A stretch of DNA of 64,000 bases from Verrucomicrobiota bacterium (GTDB lineage: Bacteria > Verrucomicrobiota > Verrucomicrobiia > Limisphaerales > SXTU01). Position 1 is the stretch's first letter. Each line of letters begins with the position of its first letter. Both the position numbers and the translations under genes were made by a program. The notes beneath the pieces are model-generated. The model made no database searches. It worked only from the letters and a program-made list of their open reading frames with translations, and was not told the origin of the DNA. The stretch spans positions 15,299-79,298 of the forward strand of contig VHDH01000003.1 of NCBI GenBank assembly GCA_016871445.1, given 5' to 3'. Positions 20,355-30,513 of the stretch are shown here, piece by piece.

Positions 20355-21770
20355 TCACCGGCCCCAGCGACGCCGAAAGGGCCGGTTGCCGGAACTCTTC
20401 GGGCTAGGGCGGTGCGCCCAGGTGCTTCCCTTCCCTGGTTCCGGCGCAAAGCCGCTCTGCCAACTGTTCTCGCGCTGCTGCGGCGGCAGCTCGCGCGGCG
20501 ACTGCTGCTGTTGCTGCGGGTGCGGTCGCTTCTGCTGCTGGTGGCGCTGGGGGTGCTGGGGCCGTTGTTGCTGCTGCCGGTGCTGCGGCTGGCCTTGGTG
20601 GCGGGCTTGCGTTTGGGGCTGCGGTCGTGGCCCCTGTTGGTCAGTGTAATCAAAGTCCGCCGCGTGCTTGCGCACCAGCCCGCGCCCAATGAACCGCTCC
20701 AGCCCCCGCAGCTCGTGTTGATCCTCCGGCGTCACAAAGCTGATTGCATCGCCAATCGCTTGGGCACGGCCCGTGCGACCGATGCGATGCACGTAGTCCT
20801 CCGCATGCATCGGAAAGTCGAAATTCACCACATGCGAAATACCGTCCACGTCAATGCCCCGCGCCGCGATGTCCGTTGCCACCAGCACGCGCACCGCGCC
20901 GCTCTTGAAGTCCCGCAACGCCCGCAGCCGCTGCGCCTGCGAGCGGTTTGAGTGCAGCGTGGCGCAGTTGATGCCGTGCTGCTCGAGCTGCCGCGCCAGC
21001 CGGTCGGCCGCATGCTTCATCCGCACGAAGACCAGCACCATGTTCATGTCCGGCTCGCGCAGCAGGTGCGCGAGCAACGCCACTTTTCGCGAACGCGGCA
21101 CCTCATAAACGAACTGCGTGACGGTCTCCGCCGGATTCGCGCGGCGCCCGATCTGCACCAGCTTGGGCGAGTGCTGAAACTCATGGGTCAAACGCTCGAT
21201 TTCTGGCGACAACGTGGCCGAAAAGAGCAGCGTCTGCCGCTGCTTGGGCAACTCGCGCACGATGCGCCGTATGTCTGGCAGAAAACCCATGTCCAGCATG
21301 CGGTCCGCCTCGTCGAGCACGAGGAATTGCAGGCCGCTAAAATCCGCGAAGCGCCGCCCCATCAGGTCCAGCAGCCGGCCCGGCGTGGCGATGATGATGT
21401 CCAGCCCGTTGCGCAGCGCGTTAATCTGCGCGGTCTCGCCCACGCCACCGAAGATGGTGGCCATGCGTAATGGCAGGTGCTTCGCGTAGGTGCGCACGTT
21501 CTCTTCGATCTGTGCCGCCAGTTCGCGCGTCGGCGCGAGCACAAGCATTCGCGTGCCGCGCCCTTGCCCAGCGGTGGTCGCGAGCTTGGTCAAGATGGGC
21601 AACGTGAAAGCCGCCGTCTTGCCCGTGCCCGTCTGCGCAATGCCCGTGAGGTCGTGGTTCGCCAGAATCTGCGGGATGGCCTGCGTCTGGATGGGGGTTG
21701 GCTCGGTATAACCGGCGTCCGCGATGGCGCGGAGGATTTCCGGGGCGAGGTTCAATGCATTGAACGACAT
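20355..21770 (-). CDS. rhlE: ATP-dependent DEAD-box RNA helicase (RhlE-like) with a Q/H/P/R-rich C-terminal tail
   Basis: Q-motif TEPTPIQ, motif I AQTGTGKT, DEAD box (VLDEADRM), SAT, and HRIGRTGR. The N-terminus MSFNALNLAPEILRAI from ATG 21770 closely resembles RhlE. Confidence 0.93.
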   Translation of the reverse strand: MSFNALNLAPEILRAIADAGYTEPTPIQTQAIPQILANHDLTGIAQTGTGKTAAFTLPILTKLATTAGQGRGTRMLVLAPTRELAAQIEENVRTYAKHLPLRMATIFGGVGETAQINALRNGLDIIIATPGRLLDLMGRRFADFSGLQFLVLDEADRMLDMGFLPDIRRIVRELPKQRQTLLFSATLSPEIERLTHEFQHSPKLVQIGRRANPAETVTQFVYEVPRSRKVALLAHLLREPDMNMVLVFVRMKHAADRLARQLEQHGINCATLHSNRSQAQRLRALRDFKSGAVRVLVATDIAARGIDVDGISHVVNFDFPMHAEDYVHRIGRTGRAQAIGDAISFVTPEDQHELRGLERFIGRGLVRKHAADFDYTDQQGPRPQPQTQARHQGQPQHRQQQQRPQHPQRHQQQKRPHPQQQQQSPRELPPQQRENSWQSGFAPEPGKGSTWAHRPSPKSSGNRPFRRRWGR

Positions 21771-22426
21771 AAAGCCCGGCAGCGTGCCGAATGGACGTCG
21801 CCGGGGCGAATCATTTTTTGAGGCACAAAGGCGAGCCGAACTAGCCCGAGACCCGCCCGTCAGCACACTTAACTAACGCGGGTAATTCGTCAATTTTTGG
21901 CTTCTCACTTTTCGACGGACAACGGAAGGGAGCCAACGTCCCGCGAAGCACCGCTATTTCGGCCTTTGAACCCGGTAGGTCCGCGCTACTGCGCGGCCTC
22001 GGCTGTCGATGGCTGGGTGATGTTCGCGGCAATCCGACGGGTGGCGGTCAGCCCAACAACTTCGTCTCCACACGCGCAAAGCTCTGGATGCGGGAAGACA
22101 CCACCTGGCCGGGGTTCTAACAGCGGGACCTCAGCCGCCTCTTGTAAGCTACCTCTTGCTGACGTTCAGCCTCGGTCTAGTTTGGCCGGGCTGAATCTTT
22201 GCTGACGCGTCCGTTGGCGTTCCTTACGGAACGATGCAGTTGGAAATGGGTCGCGGTCGGCCGTGGACGCACGCTCGCCAGCGCCGTTTAGTGAGTTCAC
22301 ACGCCCGGTATTCGGTGCGAGGGCGCACCGAACAGCAGCCAAAGCTCAAGCCGCATCTAGATGACCTCGCCGCGATGCAAAAGAAGACGGCGGCCCCTCA
22401 CGGCAAAAGCCCAACGCCCGGCTGGC

Positions 22427-24997
22427 TCACGTTGTCGGCCCGCTGATGATGGCCACGGCGGCGACCTTGGGCACAAGATAACGGGCGGCGACGGCCTTCA
22501 CTTCGGCGAGCGTCACGGCTTCGTAGCGGGCGTCCGAGGTCTCGTGGCGGCGGTAGCCGAGGCCGTAAAGTTCGTCGAGGGCGTGCAGCATCGCCTGACC
22601 ACCCAAATCCTGCCGCGCGATTTTCCTTTGGCCGATGATTTTGGCCTTCGCGCGCCTTAATTCCTCTTCGCTCAAGCCTTCGGTGCGGAGCAACTCAGCC
22701 TCGGCAAGCAGTTCCTTTTCCACTTGTGCGGCCTGCTCGGGCGCGGTGCCGCAGTAGAAGGCAAACCAGCCCGGCACCAAGCCCGCGACATGCTGCGCGC
22801 CGACGTAGTAGGCCAGCCCAAGCTTCTCCCGGATGCGCGTGAAGAGCCGCGACCCCATGTCGCTGCACGCTTCTTGGATGAGGTCGAGCGCGTGGTGGTC
22901 GTCGTGGGCCATCGTGGTGCCGGGGAAGCCGATGACAAGGACGGCTTGTTTCTTGTCGCGGGATTCGCTGGCGCGGAGCGAAGCCTGTTTCGTGTCTTGT
23001 GCTTGGTGTTTCGGGCTTGGCGCGCAGGCCGGTTTCCATTTGCCAAACGCCTTCTTCACTTCGGCCACGACGCGCTTTGTGTCCACTGCGCCGTAAATGG
23101 AGAGGACGCAGTTGTCGGGCGTGACGAGTTGGCGGTGCAACGCCGTGAAGTCGGCGACTTGTAACCGCTTCACGGTTTCCTCCGTGCCGAGCGAATCGAG
23201 GCCGTAGCCCGAGTCTCCGAAGAGGGTTTTCCGCATCAGCTTGAAGCAGCTCATCAGCAACTCGTCGCGTTGGTGGCGGAGGTTGCCGAGTTGAATCTCC
23301 CGCTCGCGCTCCAGCTCGGACTTCGGGAAGGCGGGCCGCAGCAGCACGTCGGCGGTGAGTTCCAAACCAAGGGCAAAATCCTCGCGCAGCACATCGGTGG
23401 TGACCCCGAAACTATTGTTGCCGCTGTAGGTGTCGAGGCTGCCGCCGACGCTCTCGCTTTCCGTCGCGAGCTGCTCGGCGGTGCGGGTCTTGGTGCCTTT
23501 CATCAGCAGCTTGGCGAGCAGGGAACTCGCGCCGTTGTTCGCCGCCGTCTCGGCCAGCACGCCGCCGCGCAGGCCGGCGCGAAAGTGCACGAAGGGCAGA
23601 CGGTGGTCTTCCTTCACCAGCAGGCGCAGGCCGTTGGGCAAAATGAACTTGGTAATGTCGCTCTGGTTGCTGACCTCGATGTTTGCGGTCGCCTTGGGCG
23701 CGGAGCCCTCGGGCAGCAGCGCGTAGAGCGTGCGGTTTTCCGCCGTGAGGTATTTCCGCGCCACGCGCTGCAGGTCGGCGGGCGTGAGGCGCCGCACGGC
23801 GTCGAGGAAGCGCTGCGAGAAGTTCAGGTCGCTCGCGGCGAGCCAGTTGCCGCCGAGGTCCGCGGCTTGGCCCGCCATCGTCTTGCGCGTGGCAAGCGTG
23901 CCGGCGGTGAATTGCTTCACGGCCTTTGCCAGCTCGGCCTTCGCCACGGGTTTGGCTTTCATCCCTTCGACCTCGGCCAGCATCGCGTCGCGGGCAGCGG
24001 CAAACTTGCCCGCGTCCACCACGCCGCTCATGCCAAAGAGGCCGGGCTGACCGGGGTTGTAAGTCCATGCGTCGGCGGAGTGCACGAGGGCCTGCCTTTC
24101 GCGGACGTTCTGAAAGAGGCGCGAGCTGCGACCATTGCCGAGCAAGGTGGCCAGCACGTCGAGCGCGGGAAGGTCCGCGTGCCGCACGTCCGGGATGTGC
24201 CACGAGAAGTGGAAATGACCGAGCTCAATGGGCGCTTCCTCGATGACCTCGCGTGCGGCGGCTTGGGTCGGTTCTTCAGGGATGACTAATGGCGAAATGG
24301 CGCGCGCGGGAGTCTTAGCCCAAGCTTCTTTGATTTGCGCGAGCACGTCGGCGGCCACGATGTCGCCCACGACGAGGAAGAAGACGTTGTTCGGCGCGTA
24401 ACGCTCACGATAATAGCCCACGATGTCCTCGCGCTTAAGTGTGTCGAAAATGTCGCGGTAACCGATGACCGTGAAGCGATACGGACTGCGCGTGTAAGCC
24501 GTTTCGAAAAGCCGGCGACCCGCGCGGCGGCCGGGGTCGTCATGTCCCATATCCATCTCGCGGCGGATGACGTCGAGCTCCTTCACCAACTCGTCCTCCG
24601 GCAGCGTCGCGTGCTGCATGATGTCACATAACACGTCCACGGCGACGCGCGTGCCGGTGTTCGGGGCGTCGATGTGATACACCGTGCGGTCGAAGCTCGT
24701 GTAGGCGTTCATGTACCCGCCGGCGTCCTGCACTTCCTGGTCAATCTTCCCTGGCGGACGAGTGGTCGTGCCCTTGAAGAGCATGTGTTCGAGCACGTGG
24801 CTTAGACCCGCGCCAAGCCAGCGACCTTCATGCACACTGCCCGTCTGCGCCCACGCCTGTGCGGACACGACGGGTGCCGAGCGGTCCTCGCGCAAGATGA
24901 CGGTCAGGCCGTTGTCCAGCGTGGTGACGGTGGTGCCAAGTGGGATGGCGGGGAGAGAGGACGGTTTAGTGCGGGAAAGTGCGCGTGCGACGGCCAT
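22427..24997 (-). CDS. Zinc protease, two fused M16 (pitrilysin) units
   Basis: The inverted zinc motif HVLEHMLFKG (HxxEH) is in the first half. The second half is M16-like but lacks the motif. Start taken at ATG 24997; the exact start is uncertain. Confidence 0.88.
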   Translation of the reverse strand: MAVARALSRTKPSSLPAIPLGTTVTTLDNGLTVILREDRSAPVVSAQAWAQTGSVHEGRWLGAGLSHVLEHMLFKGTTTRPPGKIDQEVQDAGGYMNAYTSFDRTVYHIDAPNTGTRVAVDVLCDIMQHATLPEDELVKELDVIRREMDMGHDDPGRRAGRRLFETAYTRSPYRFTVIGYRDIFDTLKREDIVGYYRERYAPNNVFFLVVGDIVAADVLAQIKEAWAKTPARAISPLVIPEEPTQAAAREVIEEAPIELGHFHFSWHIPDVRHADLPALDVLATLLGNGRSSRLFQNVRERQALVHSADAWTYNPGQPGLFGMSGVVDAGKFAAARDAMLAEVEGMKAKPVAKAELAKAVKQFTAGTLATRKTMAGQAADLGGNWLAASDLNFSQRFLDAVRRLTPADLQRVARKYLTAENRTLYALLPEGSAPKATANIEVSNQSDITKFILPNGLRLLVKEDHRLPFVHFRAGLRGGVLAETAANNGASSLLAKLLMKGTKTRTAEQLATESESVGGSLDTYSGNNSFGVTTDVLREDFALGLELTADVLLRPAFPKSELEREREIQLGNLRHQRDELLMSCFKLMRKTLFGDSGYGLDSLGTEETVKRLQVADFTALHRQLVTPDNCVLSIYGAVDTKRVVAEVKKAFGKWKPACAPSPKHQAQDTKQASLRASESRDKKQAVLVIGFPGTTMAHDDHHALDLIQEACSDMGSRLFTRIREKLGLAYYVGAQHVAGLVPGWFAFYCGTAPEQAAQVEKELLAEAELLRTEGLSEEELRRAKAKIIGQRKIARQDLGGQAMLHALDELYGLGYRRHETSDARYEAVTLAEVKAVAARYLVPKVAAVAIISGPTT

Positions 24998-25190
24998 ATC
25001 AAGGGGCTGAAAGTAGCCTTTGCCCCTAGACTGTGCAACGAAAGGGGCGAGGAAACTGCATTTTGCGTCGCGCCCGTCAAAGAGCCGCCAATTAGCGCGA
25101 GGACTTCGTTCGGCCCCCAACGGACTTATCTGCCTACAGCCCAGCCCCAGATGAGCCAGGCCGGACGATGCGGTACCGGTGTTAACGGCG

Positions 25191-25628
25191 TTAACTCACC
25201 GGCTCTGCGGGCTTGGATTGCGCTGCCTTGCCCTTCGGCAGATACGGCTTCCGGAACGCCTCGAAGAAATCATATCCGCCCTTGAAATCCTCGCGGCTGT
25301 CCTTGTCAGTCTTCCCGAGCAGCGAGCTTTCCACCATGTTGAAGACAATCTCACCGAAATCCTCGCCGCGACGAATGCCCCATTCCTCCAGCACCATGAG
25401 CGTCAGCGGGCCGAATTGCTCCAGCGCATGCGCGCGGATGGCCTCCAGCAACTGCTGGCCAGTCACGTGCGTCGGCCGGTCCTTCGCGGGCTTGCCGCCA
25501 CCCTTGCCGAATTTCCGTTGCGCCACGTCCAGTGCCTCGCGAACAAAGAAGTAAGCATCGCGGGCATAACGGGCATCGCGGGATATGATAGCCTCGACAC
25601 CTTCTTCGAAATTGATCTGAGTCTGCAT
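25191..25628 (-). CDS. Small conserved hypothetical protein
   Basis: 145-aa ORF from ATG 25628 (MQTQINFEEGVEAIISRDARYARDAYFFVREALD). The amino-acid composition looks coding-like. I recall similar small proteins in Verrucomicrobia but cannot verify that here. Confidence 0.55.
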   Translation of the reverse strand: MQTQINFEEGVEAIISRDARYARDAYFFVREALDVAQRKFGKGGGKPAKDRPTHVTGQQLLEAIRAHALEQFGPLTLMVLEEWGIRRGEDFGEIVFNMVESSLLGKTDKDSREDFKGGYDFFEAFRKPYLPKGKAAQSKPAEPVS

Positions 25629-25888
25629 GTTAGCGAGTGGCGGACGACATTGGTATAGACGACGGGATGTGGGTGGCCGTTCGATATGCCTTCGCCGCCA
25701 GACCAAGGAACACAAGAAGCAACAACATGAACAGCACCGTCTGCTCCTGCCGCGTAAGCCACTTCATAAGCGCAACCTAGGGGCAAAGGTAAGGGGTCAC
25801 AACCCCAAGTTATCCTCATGCCCAAGCGCATTGAGGGCGCTGTAGCGGCGGCTTGCGGCGCGAGCTCCGGTTGAGCAGCAAACCGCCG

Positions 25889-26743
25889 CTACAGGGCGGA
25901 CTGTCGCCGGTTGAACACCACCGCATCCTCGTAGCGCACGCCGTTGCCGCCGAAGATGTCCAGCGCCGAGCCGATGGTCAGGTGCACGCGCCCACTGCCC
26001 GCGCGCGTGACCGACTCTAAATCAGCCAGTGACCGCGCCCCGCCCGCGTAGGTCACCGGGATTGGCGACCAGCGTGCGAGCTGTTCCACGAGCCCAAAAT
26101 CCACGCCCAGGCACAAGCCCTCCACATCCACGGCATGCACCAGGAACTCCGCGCAATGCATCGCCAATCGCGTCAGCGCGTCTTCTTCCACCTTTAACTC
26201 GGTGAACTTCTGCCAGCGGTCCGTCACCACCCAGTAGTCGCCGTCGCGCTGTCGGCAGCTCAGGTCGAGCACGAGCCTCTCCTTGCCAATCGCCTTCACC
26301 AGCGCGCGCACGCGGTCAAAGTCCAGCCGCCCGTCGCGGAAGACCCACGAGGTGACGATGACGTGCGAAGCACCGGCTTCGAGCCAGCCGCGCGCATTGT
26401 CAAGATTCACGCCGCCGCCAAGATGTAGGCCGTTGGGGAAGGCCGCCAAAGCTTCGCGCGCCGCCGTTTCATTGCCCGCACCAAGCTGGATGACGTGTCC
26501 GCCGGTCAGCCCGTCGCGCCGGAAAAGTTCCGCAAACCACGATGACGGCTTGTCGCTGACGAAGTTTGTGCGCAAGCCGGCCCCGCTATCTTTAAGCGAG
26601 CCACCGACGATTTGCTTCACCTTGCCTTCATGCAGGTCTATGCAGGGACGAAACACGCGGGCGAGTTTAAAGCCCAAAGCCCCGCGCTCCAAGACTGGAG
26701 TAACTGGACATTTCGATGTTGTGTTGAGCCGCGCGGTTGACAC
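25889..26743 (-). CDS. hisA: ProFAR isomerase, HIS6/eukaryotic-type HisA
   Basis: FRPCIDLHEGKVKQIVGGSL resembles the HIS6-type N-terminus, and the C-terminal GGxRS-like phosphate-binding (VTYAGGARS) fits too. The true start is probably internal to the 284-aa ORF. Confidence 0.75.
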   Translation of the reverse strand: MSTARLNTTSKCPVTPVLERGALGFKLARVFRPCIDLHEGKVKQIVGGSLKDSGAGLRTNFVSDKPSSWFAELFRRDGLTGGHVIQLGAGNETAAREALAAFPNGLHLGGGVNLDNARGWLEAGASHVIVTSWVFRDGRLDFDRVRALVKAIGKERLVLDLSCRQRDGDYWVVTDRWQKFTELKVEEDALTRLAMHCAEFLVHAVDVEGLCLGVDFGLVEQLARWSPIPVTYAGGARSLADLESVTRAGSGRVHLTIGSALDIFGGNGVRYEDAVVFNRRQSAL

Positions 26744-26772
26744 TCACCTGTGCCCTCTGGTGTCATCCGCGC

Positions 26773-27378
26773 ATGGCCAAAAAGAAACTCACCAAGCCAC
26801 TCAAGAAGGTCCTCATCCCCATCGGCGACGCCACGGAAGTCATGGATACGCTCTACCCTATTTTTCGCCTGCCGGAAGACGGCTTCGAGGCCGTCGTGTG
26901 CGGGCCGGAAGCGCGGCTCTACCACGGCGTGCTGCACGAGATTCCGCCCACCGCCGAGGGCGAGCCCAAGTGGGACATCACCCGCGAAAGCCCCGCCTAC
27001 CACGTCCGCGCCACCATCGCCTTCCGCGACGTGAAGCCGGAGGAGTATTGCGGCCTGTTCATCTCCGGCGGGCGCGCGCCCGAGTACCTGCGCTACGACC
27101 AGGACCTGCTCCGCATCACGCGCCACTTCTTCGCCGCGAACAAGCCCGTCGCCAGCGTCTGCCACGGCATTGAAATCCTTACCGCCGCTGATGTCATCAA
27201 GGGTCGCACCGTCACCACCGTGGCCAAGTGCGAGCTGGACGCCCTGCAAGGCGGCGCGAAATACGTGAACCAGCGCGTGGTCGTGGACGGTAACCTCGTC
27301 TGCTCTCGCGTGTGGATGGACAACACTTGGCTGCTGAAGGAATTCATGGCGATGCTCAAGCGATCTGTGGGGGAGTGA
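26773..27378 (+). CDS. DJ-1/PfpI family protein (class I glutamine amidotransferase-like)
   Basis: Nucleophile elbow ASVCHGIEILTAADVIKGR and about 200 aa. ATG at 26773 gives MAKKKLTKPLKKVLIPIGD. Confidence 0.85.
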   Translation: MAKKKLTKPLKKVLIPIGDATEVMDTLYPIFRLPEDGFEAVVCGPEARLYHGVLHEIPPTAEGEPKWDITRESPAYHVRATIAFRDVKPEEYCGLFISGGRAPEYLRYDQDLLRITRHFFAANKPVASVCHGIEILTAADVIKGRTVTTVAKCELDALQGGAKYVNQRVVVDGNLVCSRVWMDNTWLLKEFMAMLKRSVGE

Positions 27379-27544
27379 GTCACCCACCCCGCGGTTAACC
27401 TCAATCCACAAACGCCTTACCCGGGCTTGATGCTCGCGCACGAATACCAGAATGCCATGTGATAAACCGACGACGCGGCGAACGATCGCTCGTTCGGAGA
27501 ATCCTTAAGCTTCGGTGTCACGCCAAACATGACGCTAAAAACGG

Positions 27545-28501
27545 ATGTCCCACGAGCCGAGCCAATCAGACATAATCCATCAGCTTATGAACCAACTTTC
27601 CACTCGCCGCCACTTTCTCGCGACCACCGCGTTGGCCGCGTGCTCACTTTCCGCCGCCGCGCCGGCCCGCCGCGTCGGCCTCGGCTTCAGCCTTTACGGG
27701 ATGAAGACGCTGCCCGTCGCGGACGCGCTGCGGGTCTGCGCGGAGACGGGCTTTCACGATGTCGAGTTCACGCTGAATCCCGGTTACCCGACCGAGCCGA
27801 AGCTGCTTTCCGCCGAGCAGCGCAAGGAACTACGCGCCCAGCTTGCGGCGCGCGGCCTGCGTGTGGCCGCGTTGATGGATAATCTCAGCCTCACGGCGGA
27901 CGACGGCACGCACGCGAAAAATCTGGAGCGCATTCAGGCCGCCGCGCAACTCGCGCACGACCTCGCGCCGGATGCGCCGCCCGTGCTCGAAACCGTCATG
28001 GGCGGCAAGCCCGCCGAGTGGGACAAGGTGAAAGCGCAGATGGCCGCGCGCCTCGCCGATTGGGTCAAGGCTGCCGCTGCCGGCAAGCTCACGCTCTGCA
28101 TCAAGCCGCACGTCGGCAGCGCAGCGCATTTGCCGGAGCACGGGCTGTGGCTGCTGGAGCAAGTGAATAACCCGGCGGTGAAGCTCGCATACGACTTCAG
28201 TCATTACCAATTGCGCGGCGTGGACCTCGGCAAGTCGCTCGACGCGCTGCTGCCGCACACGCGATTCATTCATGTGAAGGATTCCGTCGGCGAGCTGGGC
28301 AAGTTCCAGTTTGTGCTGCCGGGCGAGGGAAAGATTGACTACGCCGATTACTTCCGCCGGCTTAAGGCCGCGAACTGGTCCGGCTCGGTCTGTGTGGAAG
28401 TCAGCGGGCAAGTTTTCAGCAAGCCCGGCTACGACCCGGTGGCGGCGGCGAAGAAGTCTTATGCTGCACTGGCACCGGCGTTCAAGGCAGCGGGACTGTA
28501 G
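27545..28501 (+). CDS. Sugar phosphate isomerase/epimerase (xylose-isomerase-like TIM barrel) with Tat-type signal
   Basis: RRHFLATTALAACSLSAAAP signal, then a TIM-barrel pattern typical of AP-endonuclease-2/xylose-isomerase-like proteins (FHDVEF, FIHVKD, VEV). Confidence 0.7.
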   Translation: MSHEPSQSDIIHQLMNQLSTRRHFLATTALAACSLSAAAPARRVGLGFSLYGMKTLPVADALRVCAETGFHDVEFTLNPGYPTEPKLLSAEQRKELRAQLAARGLRVAALMDNLSLTADDGTHAKNLERIQAAAQLAHDLAPDAPPVLETVMGGKPAEWDKVKAQMAARLADWVKAAAAGKLTLCIKPHVGSAAHLPEHGLWLLEQVNNPAVKLAYDFSHYQLRGVDLGKSLDALLPHTRFIHVKDSVGELGKFQFVLPGEGKIDYADYFRRLKAANWSGSVCVEVSGQVFSKPGYDPVAAAKKSYAALAPAFKAAGL

Positions 28502-28507
28502 GCGCAG

Positions 28508-29174
<667 letters not shown>

Positions 29175-29182
<8 letters not shown>

Positions 29183-30446
29183 TGCGCAGTGCTTCCACGG
29201 GTTGGAGCCGCCCTGCGTTCCATGCTGGTAGCAGGCCGGCGAGCAGGCAGATAAAGAGCGAGCCGCCGCAGATGATGGCGAGGTCACTGGGCACGATGAG
29301 CGCGGGCAGGCGGTCGAAGGCGTAAATGTTCGCCGGGAACAGTTCGAAGCCCGTCACTCGCCGAAGAAAAAAGAGGAAATCATTGCGGTAATGCAGCATT
29401 AGCAGCCCTAGGCCAAAGCCCGCGATGACGCCGAGCACGCCGACGATGAGGCTCTGGCTTAGAAACAGCCAACGCACTTGGGCGTTGGTCGCTCCGAGCG
29501 CCTTGAGCACGCCAATCTCGCGCGTCTTCTGTACAACAAAGGTGATCTGTGCGCTGGTGATGCCGAATGCAGCGACAATCATAATGAAGAACAGCAGGTA
29601 AAACATGACGTTCTTCTCGACGAGAAGCGCGTTGAGGATGGTGGAGTTGTCGTCCATCCATGTGCGTACGTGCAGTTCCAGCCCCAACGCGCGTTGTATC
29701 TCCGCGCGCGCGGCCTCCGCCTGATAAGGATCGTGAAGCATGACTTGCAGGCCATGGACGTTGTCCGCCAGCTCGTATAAGTCTTGGGCGTTGGCGAGCG
29801 AGGTGACGACGACGTGCGCGTTAAACTCGTAGTATCCCACGTCAAAAATGCCTTTGATGGTGTATTCATCCGGCAGGGCGGCCTCTTCCTTTCCGCTGCG
29901 CCGGCTGTCCTTCATTTTTTTAAGGTTCGCGGGGGAATAGATCGCCACGCGGTCGCCCACGCGCAGGTTCAGGTTATGGGCGAGTTCGCGGCCCACGATC
30001 AACCCGTTGCCGCGCAGGTCGAAGGCGCCGCTCGTGACACTCTTGGGCAGGTGGCTTACGTCGGCCTCGCGCTGGGGATCCACGCCGCGCACCACCGGCG
30101 CATCTACGAGCGAGCCGCCTTCAGGCGGCTGCGTCTCCAGCAGCACCTTGCCCTGCACGAAGGGGGCGACGCCTCTAACGCGCGGGTTGGTCATGATGCG
30201 GGCCATAACAGCTTCGCGATTGGTGAGGAGTTCACCGGGCTGGATGACGCGGAGATGGGCGTTGAAACCAAGGAGCTTCTCGCGGAGCTGGCGGTCGAAG
30301 CCACTCATCACGCTGATAACAATGATGAGCACCGCCACACCAAGCATCACGCCAATGACTGAGATGAGCGTGATGACAGAGACGAACGTACGCTTGGGCC
30401 GCAGATAACGCAGCGCTAGCAGCAGTTCGAAGGGCAATCGCGACAC
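29175..30446 (-). CDS. lolE: Lipoprotein-releasing system permease, LolC/E (FtsX-like) family
   Basis: The N-terminus PFELLLALRYLRPKRTFVSV, the MacB-like periplasmic domain and the C-terminal FtsX TM bundle are typical of LolC/E. GTG start at 30446. Confidence 0.88.
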
Positions 30447-30513
30447 ATGCAGACGCTAGCCGAGGCAGGGGCGACCGGGCAAGCGATTCGCCGTGCCTTT
30501 GGACTGCACTTGC

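Noticed and set aside
20308-20649. 113-aa ORF with a striking Cys/Trp/Gly/Arg run (CCCCCGCGRFCCWWRWGCWGRCCCCRCCGWPWW).
   Set aside because: It is the reverse-complement reading of the CAG/CGG-rich DNA that encodes the helicase Q/H/P/R tail, so it is a mirror artefact rather than a Cys-rich peptide gene.
21921-21960. SRP-RNA-like string (GGAAGGGAGCCAACG) and other hints of a known housekeeping RNA in the two long gaps.
   Set aside because: The flanking bases do not form the helix-8 pairing around a GNAR loop. I also found no matches to RNase P (GAGGAAAGTCC), tmRNA or T-arm signatures.
21897-22446. Small ORFs (63-102 aa) in the 656-bp gap upstream of the helicase gene.
   Set aside because: They have no start context, no recognisable motifs (not Csp-like), and odd composition. 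I treat the region as non-coding pending transcript data.
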